A stretch of DNA of 64,000 nt. Source: Kudoa neothunni (taxonomy: Eukaryota; Animalia; Cnidaria). The DNA is taken from positions 1,132,733 through 1,196,732 of the forward strand of contig OZ199840.1 in assembly GCA_964304625.1 (NCBI GenBank). Reading direction: 5' to 3'. The notes beneath the pieces are model-generated. The model worked only from the letters and a program-made list of their open reading frames with translations, had not been told where the DNA came from and did no database searches. The position numbers and the translations under genes were made by a program. Below are positions 28,724 to 42,250 of the stretch, in pieces (within the stretch, counting starts at the first letter, position 1; each line of letters begins with the position of its first letter).

Positions 28724-30106
28724 TTCTGTTGTGTGTGATGTTGTAAAGTTTTCGACGTTTATTCTTTTTCTCATGCAATGTTAATATGTGTTAATTAAAA
28801 AATTTAATATTTTCCAAATATATTATTTATAATTTAATGCGGTATACATTTGTTATTTCTTAAGTGTGACCTCATTATAAATATGTCACAAGTTCTTTAC
28901 TCTTCCCTATAAATATACGTACATACAAACGAACAAACATTAAAGTTAAAATATTGTTCTTTGTGATTAATGTGTTTTATGAGCGTAATAATTCACTACG
29001 TAAAACCCCTAACTCAACTTATAAAGCCCTGGAATTCTAACTGTTCCAACCAACCCCGTAGACGCTGCAGGCGTCGATGCGAATCATTGCAATTCCTCGT
29101 CTTCTTTTTTTGTGATTTTATGAAAAATTAAAACGCCAAACATTTATTTATTATCTTTTTCCATTAATTTTCTAATAAAAATAAAAAACCATCCTCGCTT
29201 GAAACACCACTCCAAATCTGTCCCATTGACCTTTCTGGTATCATGTGGAGTATATTTGGTACCCCAAATAAGATAATTTCTACTTATTTCTTAACCGGCG
29301 CAATTTTTTCATTCTTGAAATTTCTTTAATGCTTTCCTATGAATTTAGTACATTAGTGAGAAAGATTTTAATTCATATTTAACTTTAACCAGAATTATGA
29401 CATCAAATTCTTAATTGGTTCGACGGTTCGTTCATATTAATCATTTTTTCGCCTGAAAAATTGTCATTTATATTTTTGTGAATATTGAAATCAATTATAT
29501 CTCAATAATTTGATTTTAGGGCTAGTTACTTTCAAATATAAATTATTGGATAAGGATTAACGAAGATTAATCCAGAACCACCGTGATCTATTGAATGTTG
29601 TTCAGTTATAGAGTTGAGAGTTTCAATGTAATTATGTTTAAAATTAATCTAATAATGTAATGGGGTTTGAGGGACACTTAATGCATAACATGAGGTAGAA
29701 GCCTGATTTTGAGATGAAGGCGCCGCGCCATAGTCTGAGGATAATCTCATGTGCCGTTGTTACCCGAATATTTTTACAATATCTTGATAGGTTTGTGGTT
29801 TCCTTCTCCATAAATTTAGAGGTTTTGGTAATCTGGGAGTATGTGACAGTAAAATTTAACGTGGTTGCACATGCTCTAGATACCCGATTTATATACAGTT
29901 TAGTTTTATACATTTTTTAAATATTGAGTGGTAAAGAAATTACCCTAAAAAATTATTAAACAAAAAAATAGACATTTTACGAATCGTGAACAATTGTTGG
30001 CGGCGAAATCATTATCGGCGTTTGTCGTTTCAGTTTATTATTAACTTTATAAGCGTTAGAACAACTCTATTCTTACATAATAATTTTTCATTTTTAGTTT
30101 GAAATT

Positions 30107-31217
30107 TTGTTGGCGCATTATCATAGCGTGAGTAATATTCAGATGTATTGTATCACAACTCAGAGAAAGTTTTATAAACTTTTGAATGATACCGACAGCC
30201 TGATAATATTTTTGAGACTCCAAAATTTGCTCCAAAATCCCCCAAATCGTTGCTCTAATTGTCATCGCTACAATACAATGGTTATATGTAACAGAAAAAG
30301 GCGAAACGTGAATATGGGTTCATCAACATTAATGAATGGAGATGAAGATATTCATTTATCATATAGATGCAAAAAGTATATAAAATATAAGTCTCGAATT
30401 AAATATTCTTAGAAATGATTGTAAAACCTACTTTTCCGCAAGAAACTCTACATTTTTTGGATTAAAAGGCATGGATGGTCACAACGTTTCCAAACTTACG
30501 ATTAGCCAGAAAACGGTAACCTTTTGGTTTGACCGCTTCAAAGAAATTTGCAACAATCTTTTTCAAAGTCGCTCTAAACTAGGAAAAGAAGGGACCATCA
30601 TTGAGATCGATGAGACGCTTTTAAGAGGCAGAAGAAAAAATAATCGTGGTCGCTATTTATCATTAGACCAGTGGCGTACTGATCCAGATGCATCCTACGA
30701 ATTTGATATTGGTGAAGAAGAACAAGATGATTCGAGCACCAGCACCAGCATCAACCGAGAGAAATATAACAACAGAATTGATGGACCTTGGGTTTTAGGA
30801 ATATGCGAATGTTCGGTCGATAACAATCAAAAAAGAAGCTTAATAGAATCTCGTTTCTTTATTGTAGAAAAGAGAAATATAGAAACACTTATCCCAATCA
30901 TTTTAAATGAAGTTGAGACGGACGCTTCTATTTATACAGATGAATGGTTGGCTTATCGGCCCTTGTCCACATATGGCTATCGTCATCATACGATCAACCA
31001 TACATTGGAATACGTTTCCGAAGATGGCTCACACACAAATACTGTTGAGGTGGTGTGGCACCATTTAAAAATTAAGATTATTCGCAATATGTGTGGAGTG
31101 CCGCGTGCTAAACTATACTCATATCTATTGGAGGAGTGGTTTAGATCCAAGTATGATGATAGATGGAAATTTTTTCGAAGATTTTCTCTCCCATATTGCG
31201 ACCTTGTATCCAATTAA
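30107..31217 (+). pseudogene. Merlin/ISXO2 transposase (DDE domain open, N-terminus disrupted)
   Basis: N-terminal CSNC zinc-ribbon-like segment in a separate ORF. Catalytic IEIDET, YTDEW and HTNTVE are intact in ORF 30471-31217. Confidence 0.88.
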
Positions 31218-31459
31218 TTGTACCAACAGCCACCATTAATTAGTTATTCCAATGGATTTTAACTTCGTTTTAAATTTTTCTCCCCGTATAAATGCAATTA
31301 AATTCAATTTTATACAATAATATTATTTATAAGCTTGTTTGATAAGTATTCAAAGATAAAATGACAATAATTATGAAACAAGTTCTATATTTCGCATATG
31401 AATAAATGTCATATTTAGTATATGACATTTAAAATAGTGGTAATGGTAAAGGAAACGGC

Positions 31460-32961
31460 TACTAAATTTCAACCGCTAAACTTCATTTATTTTCGCCGAG
31501 TTTTTCACGATAATTTTTTTATAATTTTACATGTTAGTCAAAATCGTTCAATTATCAAAAAATTTAATTATAAATTTTAATAAATCTCCGGATCAATCTC
31601 CCAGTTGTGTTATTTAAGTCTGTATTATATTAGGATTTAAATCGTTATTTCCTATTTGTATCATGTATACTTCATAGTTATGCACTTTTTATTGTCCGTA
31701 ATGAATCAGATATTTTTACCCAATGATCAGGTGGAATAATTCGCATTAATAGTAGTTAGATTCACAATTCGATGTTGTAAAACTAAGGTAATTCCTCAAA
31801 CTGGAACTTTTCTCGAGTTGGGATTTGTTTCATCATCCCCAAAACATAACGGTGAAGAAGATATGTATGATTATTTACAACTGGAGCATGGATGAAACTA
31901 TTCTATGCGCCTTCGAAAATACTAATGTAACCACAAGAACATCGGGCTATTGTTAAAAAATTAGGAATATTCGTGCGTCTAATGTTCATAAGCGTAAACC
32001 TTTTGATGGTAAAAAGCATTTAATTGAAAACTATGACGTGCCATTTATTTATCACTTTTTCAAATTATATGTTGCAGTAACTGCCTCATTAGAATAATTT
32101 TTATAACAATTTATCGTGAGTAAAGAATTAATGCTAAGTTATAATACAATGTTAAACCAATTGGTAAATAATAAAATATTATAGAAATAGAGAAAACTCA
32201 CAATTATCTGGAAATTTTAACAGCAGATTTAAAATAAAATAATTAGTTTTAAAAATGTAAGAAAAGATTTGACATAAAACTTTGAGACCATATGTATCCA
32301 ACAAACCATGTGACACGTGTGGTATATGTTTGACAATATATTATTAAATTCAGATTCATATTACTCATTTTATTTTGTGTAAATAGTTTTTTTAAAAAAT
32401 GATTTTTCAAAAATTAATTGTTACAATATTTTTTTTAGAATTATTATATATAATGAAGTTTGACGATTGCTTATATTGTCACTATAAGATTTCATCATAA
32501 AATTTTGATGATATAACGATCATAGCTTTTTTTATAACTCAGATAAATTAACTAAAAAAATGTATAAACTAAGATAAACGATAATTGATCGTATTGTCAT
32601 TTTGAATGATTCAAAGTCAATGTACAAAAAAAATAGAGAAGATAATTTGAAGTAAGATGTCTAAAGCTTAATTAAACGGCTGAGTCGTATAATTTTGGAA
32701 TGATGCATTACTATAAATGTAATTAAGACATATAAGAAATTTAGAAGTTAGTGTATACAAAATAAGGTGGTTTTCCATTGGTCATTGGAAATTTAACGAA
32801 GATTTCACGTGTGCCGATGACGTTCTTTTCGGGATTTTGTACCAAAATTAGATGTTACCTTAACTGGCCGAATACCATTTCTCTGTATTCTTTTATTTTA
32901 ATATGAACAATCGTGAAAGAATCGGCGAGAATAAATGAAGTTTAGCGGTTGAAATTTAGTA
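31460..32961 (+). mobile_element. Nested non-autonomous Merlin-like element inside the 4.3-kb Merlin
   Basis: ~50-bp inverted repeat TACTAAATTTCAACCGCTAAACTTCATTTATTTTCGCCG at 31460-31510 and 32911-32961. Internal CCKTK..QTGTFLE and MIIYNWS resemble a Merlin N-terminus. Confidence 0.7.
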
Positions 32962-35900
32962 ATAATCAGTAATCCTGCATTTTCAGTCAAAAATCTAGAA
33001 TTGGGTTTCTTAATACAATGAATTTTAAGTAATTATCATAGCACGAATTTGAAGAATTTAAATTATATTAGATGATAATCACAAAAATTATTTAATTCGT
33101 TTAACTCTCTTTACGACATACAGAATTCCAACTCTTTTATAAAAACGTAAAGCATGACCTTTTACTTCTATAAAATTTTAGAATTTTTTAAGTTCCTTGT
33201 GTATATAGTTTTTTTATCCTCATTATAAAATTTTAACGTTTTAAAAAGCTTTTACGCGGATTCCACATAATCATTTATTTTTTTTCTTTTATTGTGGTGC
33301 AGTTACTATTTAAAATAAATATACTAAAAAAATATGATTGATTCCAAATTCATATTTTATAACTAATTAAGAAATTTTTGTCATGAACAATTGTTAAAGA
33401 ATTATTATTATGATTGAAATATATTAACTACATAAAATTCTACAGTTAACTGGTAAGAAATGCTAAACTCGCCTGGCAGTGCATTATTTTTCTAACTTCT
33501 ATGTTCATTATTTATGGCTTTTTTTAAATTATCTTGACATAATTTCCTTTTTTACAACTTTTTTTAATTTCATATGGATAATTATTTATCATCTAGAGTA
33601 AACCTTACTCTACACGATTCGTAACATAATATTATTATATTAATGGTGAAAGTTCAATTATGCTAACCATTACGCCTGATCGAACAAAAACATTCCGGTT
33701 ATCCTAAGCTAATTATCCGATTTATAAAATTTAAATAAAATCGTGGTTTTAGTGAATATAAATGATATTTTATTGATTCAAACCTAATATATCGAACTTT
33801 ACGCCAGAGGGTTAAATTTCTTATGTGAATATATACATAAATGAAAACATTTTCGCCATATGTGCACAGATGAGCACACATGCAAACATGAGAAGACAAA
33901 CATGGTGTTCTGTATTTATATGTATCATAATATATGAGCTTATATGTATAATAATGCCAACGATTGTTCACGATTCGTAAAATGTCTATTTTTTTGTTTA
34001 ATAATTTTTAGGGCAATTTCTTTACCACTCAATATTCAAAAAAATGTATAAAATTAAACTGTATATAAATCGGGTATTTAGTGCGTGCGCATGCACGTTA
34101 AATTTTACTGTCACATGCTCCCAGATTACCGAGGTTTTATTCGAAATTGGACGTTTTCCGAACTTGGAATTATATAATATCGATAACAATGTTTATAAAA
34201 GATTTGTTTTGGCGTAGGTTGATGTTTAAATCGTAGAATACCAATCGATTTATCAGGTTTCATGACCATTTATAACCGCTGATATTTGAATTATTAATGA
34301 GTTAAAATATCTCTAAATATGTTTAAAGATTTTTGACCTACTTAAAAACGAACAAAAATAGTTTTAAGCTGATTTCTCCTAGGGTCTCTCAGATACCCCA
34401 TGGAGACACGAAATTTTTTTGAGCTCTCTACAAGGAGGGTTAACCCTTTCACTCCCTAATTTTATATTTTCAGTCTAGAGATTATAAATTTAGCAAATAT
34501 AGTTAGTTATAATTCTTTAATAAGTTAAACCGCTCAATTTTTGTTTTAAACATTATCATTAAATAACTGGAAAAAATGAAAATCTTTTAAGAAAAATACT
34601 ATTTTTATATATTAGAACCAGGTATAAATTTCCGCTAGTCTTTGAATGAATTGTGAATTTATTATATTTCCGATTTGTAAATATGGACTTAATATAATCA
34701 ATATGGTTACACCGATCAATTATTTTGTCGATTTTTTATTTTGAAAAATTATACCACATCGAAAAATATTTAAAGCTTTAAATATCTGTTAGAACAGATT
34801 GAGTTTACATATATATTTTTCATGTAATAGATATATAATTATAAATAATGGCAAAAGTGGTTTATTAGATTATACGCAACACAAATCCTTGTATATTTTT
34901 TTAAATTAATTCCTAACTTTTTAAAATATATATAAATATTTTTAATCCATGGCAGACCATATTTTAATAAAAATCATTTATGAATATATCACAAGTATGC
35001 TAAAAATAAATTACATTGCCTTGAATGGCGTTATTTCAAATTTTTGAATGCTTAATCTTGTGCCATAATTAACTAATATTGGTTTTATTTTGTTATCAAC
35101 ACATAAAAATGGTGTTAACATTTAAAAAAATATTTTTAGGGAAATATTCAAAATAGAGTGTCATAGCGGTGCAATTTTTTCTCTTTCTCATTCAAAATTT
35201 AAATGAACATTGAAATAAACAAGAGAGTTAAGCGCATCGGCTTTGCATGTTAACGGATATTTTTACTATACAATAATACAAATTAAACCATTCTGACACT
35301 AAATTCGACTCAACTACTCAAGATAAATGCAACGATATTTTTGATGCACTTAATGATTAGCTTTCACCCTAAAAATAGCTTATATGATTTTAAAACGAAG
35401 CAAGACACAGAATCAGTAACATTGTTGAGAACTGTACTCACAATCTACAAAGTCACAGAACATTAGTAGGACTGCTTCGTCATCCATCTGTCTCTCCAAT
35501 GTTAATCAAAAAACAACGAAATATATTTGTTTATTGACATACTATGTGTATGAACCACATAAAATACATAAATTATATTATAGACGCAATTAAAAAATAT
35601 TATTTTTCTATATTTCTATATAGCAGCAACTTGTTATTGACATCACGAAAAATATACCCCCCTCTATTCCAATAAGGTGCTAACGTGGGTATCAACCTAA
35701 TTCTGAAGTAGCAACATGAAACTGTTGTCATTGTGGAGTATCCGTTTTAAAGTTGGATATCAACATGAATAAGTATCTTTATCACTACTGGAACCTCAAT
35801 TTTATTATTTATCACGGAAAGACTTCAGTTAAAGTTACGAAAATTATATTTTGTAAATATTTTTACTCGTGTAATAAACCAAAAAATTCAAATATTGTGA

Positions 35901-36034
35901 CGTATGTGAGTTTAAAGACATGTTTATACAAATTATACTGCACACTGACAATACACTCTCGAATTTGAGTGAACTCTACCGATTTAAACCTGAGACCAGC
36001 GAAATTTTGTGGACTGGTTGAAACTTTGTCCGAA

Positions 36035-37762
36035 ATGTCACAATCGATTTCACCAACATTTAATTTTTTGAAGAGAATGAATTCAACCAGAAGTTTGACG
36101 ATGCTGGGTTTAGCGTTGATCATTTTCGAAATATTGCTTGGAGTATTCATTATCAGACGAATTCGATGTGAGAAAATATATGAATATATTTTAAAAAACT
36201 ATTTCCGGCACAATAGAATCTAATATACACATCGAATTTTTTTGTTTAATTAATTGGGGATTAAACGATTAATATAAATTTATTATTTTCATATTCGACA
36301 AATGCATTAATATCCTATAGACACACCCATCGATTTCGAAACCTACATGGAATTTGTTCAAATGTACGACAATGGAGAAAGAAATTACACCAATATGATT
36401 GGAACACAAGGACCTATTGTGTATGATATTTGAGTGAGTGAACACAAATTCTGTAAATTACTTAGATATCCAGCAGGATTTCTGTATGGTTTCAAGTTGA
36501 TTTCATGGCTAACCGATGGTGGATCCTCTATACAAAACGCTCAATATTTGTTCCTGGGGCTCTACTTATTTTGTGTTTTGGAGGTGTTTTATATTTACGC
36601 CAAAAGTTCGATGGTATTCAATTAACACACTATTGTGATGCGAATCCACAAATAATCTAACTCACTTGTCATAATTTTTTAAAGAGCCACAAATGGTTAG
36701 TATTCTGCTGGATCTGTTTCACGTCCTATAGAGTTCACTCGCTGTTTCTACTAAGAATGTTCAATGATTGTCTGTGTATGCTGATGTTGTACATGTCGGT
36801 GATAATGTTCCTTCGAAATCGATGGCAAATAGGATGTGTTATTTTTAGGTGGCTGATTGAGATGTAGTGTATTTTAACGTGATAATTTAGTTTGGCGGTC
36901 AGCATCAAAATGAATGTGTTGTTATTTGCCCCAGGATTGTTCCTACTGTTGTTGCTTAAATATCGCCTATATGGCTCTTTGGTTAAGATAGCTTTGTGTG
37001 GTATTGTTCAAGTATTAAAAAATCTCCATGATGATTATTCATTTGAGTTTAGCTTATAGTTGGGTTTGAATTTTTGTCCACCTACCCCCTTGATTACATT
37101 AAATGTTCGTTTGACTTGGGACGAATATTTGAACACAAATGGAGTATGAATTTGAAATTTCTCGGTCCTCAAATATTCTCTGACAAACGTTTCCATCTAA
37201 GTCTTCTTGTTGGTCATGTGTTTTGTTTGTTCCAATTTTACCAAAAAGTCTCCAGGTACATATGATTATTTGATTGGGTAGAGTTAATGTGTGTGCTCGG
37301 AAAAATTAATTTAGAGCAATTACTAAGAGAAAATCAACTAATGAAATCAGTCATAATCCTTCAGAAAATGTAGATAATTTGAGCAGCGATCGTAATTTTG
37401 TTCGCAATCTACACACAAAACTCATTATATTTATGTAGTGATTCTTTATTGCTTATTTGTGAGCAATTTTATAGGAGTGGTATTTGCTAGATCCCTCCAC
37501 GCTCAGTTCTACTTATGGTACTACCATTCAATACCTCTGGTGGTTTATTACGCCGGATTTAACACTTTGACCAGGTAGATTTTTGGTGACATTCTTTACG
37601 GGGATAAATTTACAATAATTTAGATTTTTACTCATGGCAATTATAGAGATTGTTTTCAATATGTTCCCATCGAATATATACACTAGTCTCATCCTGCAGG
37701 CTCTGCACTTGATTATACTTGTCAGATTACAAATAAAGAAGATTGGTTTTCAGCTGATCTAA
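36035..37762 (+). CDS. ALG3: Dol-P-Man:Man5GlcNAc2-PP-Dol alpha-1,3-mannosyltransferase, 8 exons
   Basis: Spliced product: RIR-YTPIDFETYM, GTQGPIV-YPAGF, SYRVHSLFLLRMFND, LAVSIKMNVLLFAPG, FDLGRIFEHKWSMN, SNFIGVVFARSLHAQFYLWYYH. Stop TAA at 37760-37762. Confidence 0.96.
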
Positions 37763-38536
37763 ATTTTTAAAGTTTCAAAATACAAATTATGGTTGATTAC
37801 AACTTTTTATTTTGCTGTTTTTGATTCCAAGTGAGTATATCGCTGGTTAAAAACTAATATCGGTCGTTTTTCACATTCAAAGGAACATAAAATATTCGGA
37901 TTTTTTTAAAGTTTAAAGTAATTATAGGCTTATTACTAGTTTAAAAATGTGATTAGTTCTTTTCAATTTATTATTTGACTGAACATGATATCAGATACAT
38001 AGCTAGGAATACGTTAGGGGTTTTTATCGCATTTCTGTAGTTCCCCTCACATAACCGTACCTTCGCCAGCGTGAACACCTTCGCTTGAGACCAAACGGGC
38101 GGTTATGAAATTTTTTTGTTTGTGTAACCTAAATTTCATCGATTATTGTATTATTGTTTTTTAATAGAATTTTATAATGTTGACAGAGCGGTTCATAAGT
38201 GTGAAATTATCATAAATTCACAGAAAATCGAAATATAATGGTTTTTATTCCATTACACGAAATCTATAAATAAATATTTTTTCATTTGGCTTGATGCTAT
38301 ATGTTAAATCAGTGGTTCCCAACCTGGGGTCCGTGGGAAGGGTTTGTGCCTTTAAGAAATTTTCCGCCCAGAAGTCGTTCTACCGTAAATTCCTACTTAT
38401 AAGAAAAGCCCACCTCAAAAAAATTTCCTTCGCTATACAATTATACACATAAAATTTTCAAAATTTATTAAGTTTAATACGTGTTATGTTTATTTTTTAT
38501 GATATAATGTGTGACATTCGTATTGAGTCGACAATT

Positions 38537-39914
38537 TTCATCTTTAATGAGTTTGGGGTCGTTTTTGAACCCAGGATAGAAATAGTAGTTGTACGAATAA
38601 ATTACTCCATAAAAAACGACAAAAATATTATAATTTGTAAAATATAATTATCTAATTATAAGTTTGGATGCAATTTTCACAAAATATTGGTATATGAGGG
38701 TTAAATATTGGTTTCATACAATTTTAATGACAAGTTGAACGTTTGTTAGTATGCTCTCTTGGACAAATGGAACATCTTATCCTTTGATTTACACTCATTT
38801 TCGCGAAATTTGATTCTGGTTGGCTACGTTGTTAATGTCGGATTCATTTGAAATTTCTTCAATGATACTAAACATTATATTTTCTTCTTGACCAGGGCCA
38901 GGAAAGGACAATTATACTTTTGTGGAGATGGATTTTTATAAGAAATATTGATCACAGGTCTGAAGGAAATTATTTCGAAAGAATTTAATATTAATAGAAA
39001 TTGAATTTCGTTTTATATACAATTTAATAAAAAATATAAATTTGGTTTTTTTGAGTTCTGCACAAATATGATGATAATATAAGGCACCCGTTATTAATTT
39101 TTCGTTTTTCAGTATCCCCTGTGGTTAAAATTAAACATCTTGTGGAGGGATTAAATGTTTAATTGATTTAGCAATTAATATCGTAAGTATAGTAGAAAGT
39201 GGCCAAATATTCTTCGAGCTTGATTTTTCACAAACAAATTAATAAATTAAATGGTTCAGTTTTCAATAGATTTTTGTATAGATTATTGAATCAGGTAGTT
39301 TGTAGCGGAGTAATTTAATTATTTAAAGTAGGGCTAATCTGTTTATAATAAGCGCTATTCCAAACAATATAAATATGGAGTTTCCTTCTACAATTTTATT
39401 GATTTTTTAGTTTGCGTAACTTGTGTGACGCCGCATAGTTCTATTAATTCATATGCTTTATTCTTTCAAATTTTCTGGATATTGTTAGCCATACTTAATA
39501 ATTATTCATGTTCCTAATTGTATGTCTAACTTAAACAGTTATTGTACGTGAGTACAGAAAAATATGGCGACTTTATATTTACAGGAGAATTAATATTAGT
39601 CTGACTTTTAAAATATCTGAGAAAGGAACTAAATCCCAAATCTATCACTAGTAGATGAATTCTATAGTAAACCTGCTATCGCTCCCGACGGCTGAATGGG
39701 ACATCATTGGGCAAGTTCCGGCCCACGGGCCATGTTATGCTCACCGCTGTCCAGGATCCATCCGGAAAACCTTAGAAGGGTCTAAAACATTGGAAAGATT
39801 TTAATATCAAAGATAATATTTAAATTTATTTATTTATTATGTCGAGTTGTTAATGTTATGATATAATTATGTATTCTGGGGTCAACAATGACCCTGAATT
39901 CATTTAAAGGTGAA
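38537..39914. mobile_element. piggyBac-type MITE nested in the hAT element
   Basis: Inverted ends TTCATCTTTAATGAGTTTGGGGTCGTTTTTGAACCCAG and CTGGGGTCAACAATGACCCTGAATTCATTTAAAGGTGAA, carrying the same GGGGTC..GACCCC palindrome as the piggyBac at 17.3-19.5 kb. Confidence 0.65.
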
Positions 39915-40497
39915 TTTAAGTTAATACGTGAATAAAAACGGAATGGGTTTAAATGTAATAACGATACTTTAACATATAAAATGACATATAGAGGTTAATT
40001 TACAACAATAGATTTGAGTTTTTAATGCTGATCAATGCAGCTTTTAAGAAATGAACTTATCTCTGACGACACTTTTGACCTCAAATTCAGTATGAGTGTT
40101 AATATAAAAACCAAACAATTTTATCGCTTTGATGATGTTAGTTACAAACAGCGTGTTGTTTGTTGCGTGTGCGATTTGTTTACTGACTTTGTTTGAAGGT
40201 ATAAGGAAACTTCTTGTCATTAACAATTTTTGGTGATTCGTTTTAATATACATAATATGTTATAATTTTTTTCCGATGATTTTAGAATATGAATTTTTGT
40301 ACCTGTCAAATTTTTTAATAATTTCGTTTTTACTTTAAGGAGAAAAAATGCATCAAAAAGGTGTTCACGTAAAATATTGGCAAATATTTTAACGTAAATC
40401 TATTACAAACGACGTATCAGTTTAACATCTTTATATACCTTTTTAAAAAGAAATTAATTACTTTAACATTATATTATTATTATTATAGGTTTCTACA

Positions 40498-42250
40498 ATG
40501 AATTATCCAAAGAAGCGACAATATAACGAAGAATATATTTCATTTGGTTTTACGTATATTAACGAAAAGGATGGCACACATAAATCACAATGTTTCGTAT
40601 GTGGAAAAATTTTATCAAATACAAGTCTAAAAACGTCAAAACTAAAAGAACATGTTAATTCATTCCATCCAGCCCTCATTAATTATTCTATCGATGACCT
40701 TCACAAAAAAAAGAAATCTTTTGAAAAGTCAAAACCTTTAGATATGCTTGGATTTGTAAAGTCAACAAAACCATGTTTAGAAGCATCATATAAAATTGCT
40801 TCCAACATAATAAAACAAAAAAAAGCACACAATTGCTGAAACATTGATAAAACCGTGTGCGCTGGAAATGGTGGAGTTAGTCTGTGGGAATGAACAAAGG
40901 AAACTAATTGAAGCCATCCCTCTATCAAATAACATAATTAAAAATAGAATAGTCGATATGTCTCAAAACATTTTGAATCAAGTGGCCACGGAATTACAGA
41001 ACACTCTGTTTACTTATAGTTTACATCTTGTTGAATCCACCGATATATCTCAGTGCGGCCAACTTTATTTTTAGTCCGCTATGCTCACGAGGATAAGTTC
41101 ATAGATGAGTTTTTATTTTGTCCAAAATTACTAAAAGGAGTGAAAGACTAAGATATTTTTGAATTGTTGGAGGATTCTTTTAAGAAACAAAATTTTGAGT
41201 GGACTAAGAAATTATATAGCATATGCACAGGTGGTGCACTTGTTAAACAAAAAGTACCAGACCTTTTGGAAACGCATTGTTTCCTTCATAGATATGCGCT
41301 AGCTTCGAAAACTCTTCTATCGACATTAAAGGATTTTCTTGGCATTGTAGTGAGGGTGGTGAATGAAATTAAATCCAACGCATATAACCATCGACTTTTT
41401 AAAACTCTTTGTCAAGAAATGAACAAGGATTATGATGTGCCACTCTACCTTCCGAAGTTCGTTGGTTATCTAAGGCCAGTGCCTCAACGATTATTTATTA
41501 TCAAAGATGAGGTTGTCATATTTCTTAGAGAAAGAAATAATGATCTTTATAAATATTTTGACGATAAAATATTCATTAATAGATTGGTATACCTATCTCA
41601 TATCTTTGAGCACATCAATAACTTAAATTTGTCTCTCCAGGAGAAAACGGTTACTTTAATTGACTCTTCTAAAAAAATTCGCCCTTTCACAGCAAAACCA
41701 ACCCTCTGGAAGAAATGGATTTTATCCGAAAATTATGTGAACATTCCACAACTTGAACATTTTCTAGAAACTGATGACATTAAACTGCCAACAGTATTGT
41801 CAGAAGAAATTTCAAACCACCTCACAGTATTAAAATCCTCAGTTAAAAGTTATTTTACAACCATCAGCAATCTTCACCTTGATTCAGAGATTCGAAATCC
41901 AATTATGTATGACATCAGCACCATGGCCGACAACGATCCTTTGAAAGAGGAACTGATTGATCTGCAATTAATGGAAATCCTGCATCATGAGTTTAAACTA
42001 AAAAATGTTGGAGAATATTGGTGCTCCATTAGAAAACTTTCCCTGAAACTCACAGAAAAGACATTAAAATAAATAATACCATTCACAACAACATACTTGT
42101 GCGAAGCTGGATTTTTCACACTGGTTCATATCAAACACAAATTCCGCAATAGACTAAATCCAGATCATGGTATGCGAGTTTCTTTTTCAAAAACAATTCT
42201 TCATTTCGAATTACTCGTTGAAATTAAATAAAATCAAAATTCTCACTAAT
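40498..42250 (+). pseudogene. hAT Buster-type transposase pseudogene
   Basis: KRQYNEEYISFGF, BED finger CFVC..KLKEH..H, LVESTDIS (catalytic D to V), CTGGA (D to G), HCFLHR, TTYLCEAGF. Internal stops and frameshifts. Confidence 0.92.

Larger units (their letters stand above)
29827..34130 (+). mobile_element. Full-length Merlin DNA transposon, 4304 bp
   Basis: Highly similar ~175-bp TIRs starting GGTAATCTGGGAG (29827-~30001 and ~33956-34130). Perfect 8-bp TSD GAGGTTTT (29819-29826 and 34131-34138). Internal IS1595-type transposase. Confidence 0.95.

Noticed and set aside
38025-38110. U3 snoRNA (CATTTCTGTAG and AGCGTGAA resemble boxes A and B)
   Set aside because: Spacing is far too short and there are no C or D boxes. 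Kept only as a generic structured-RNA candidate.
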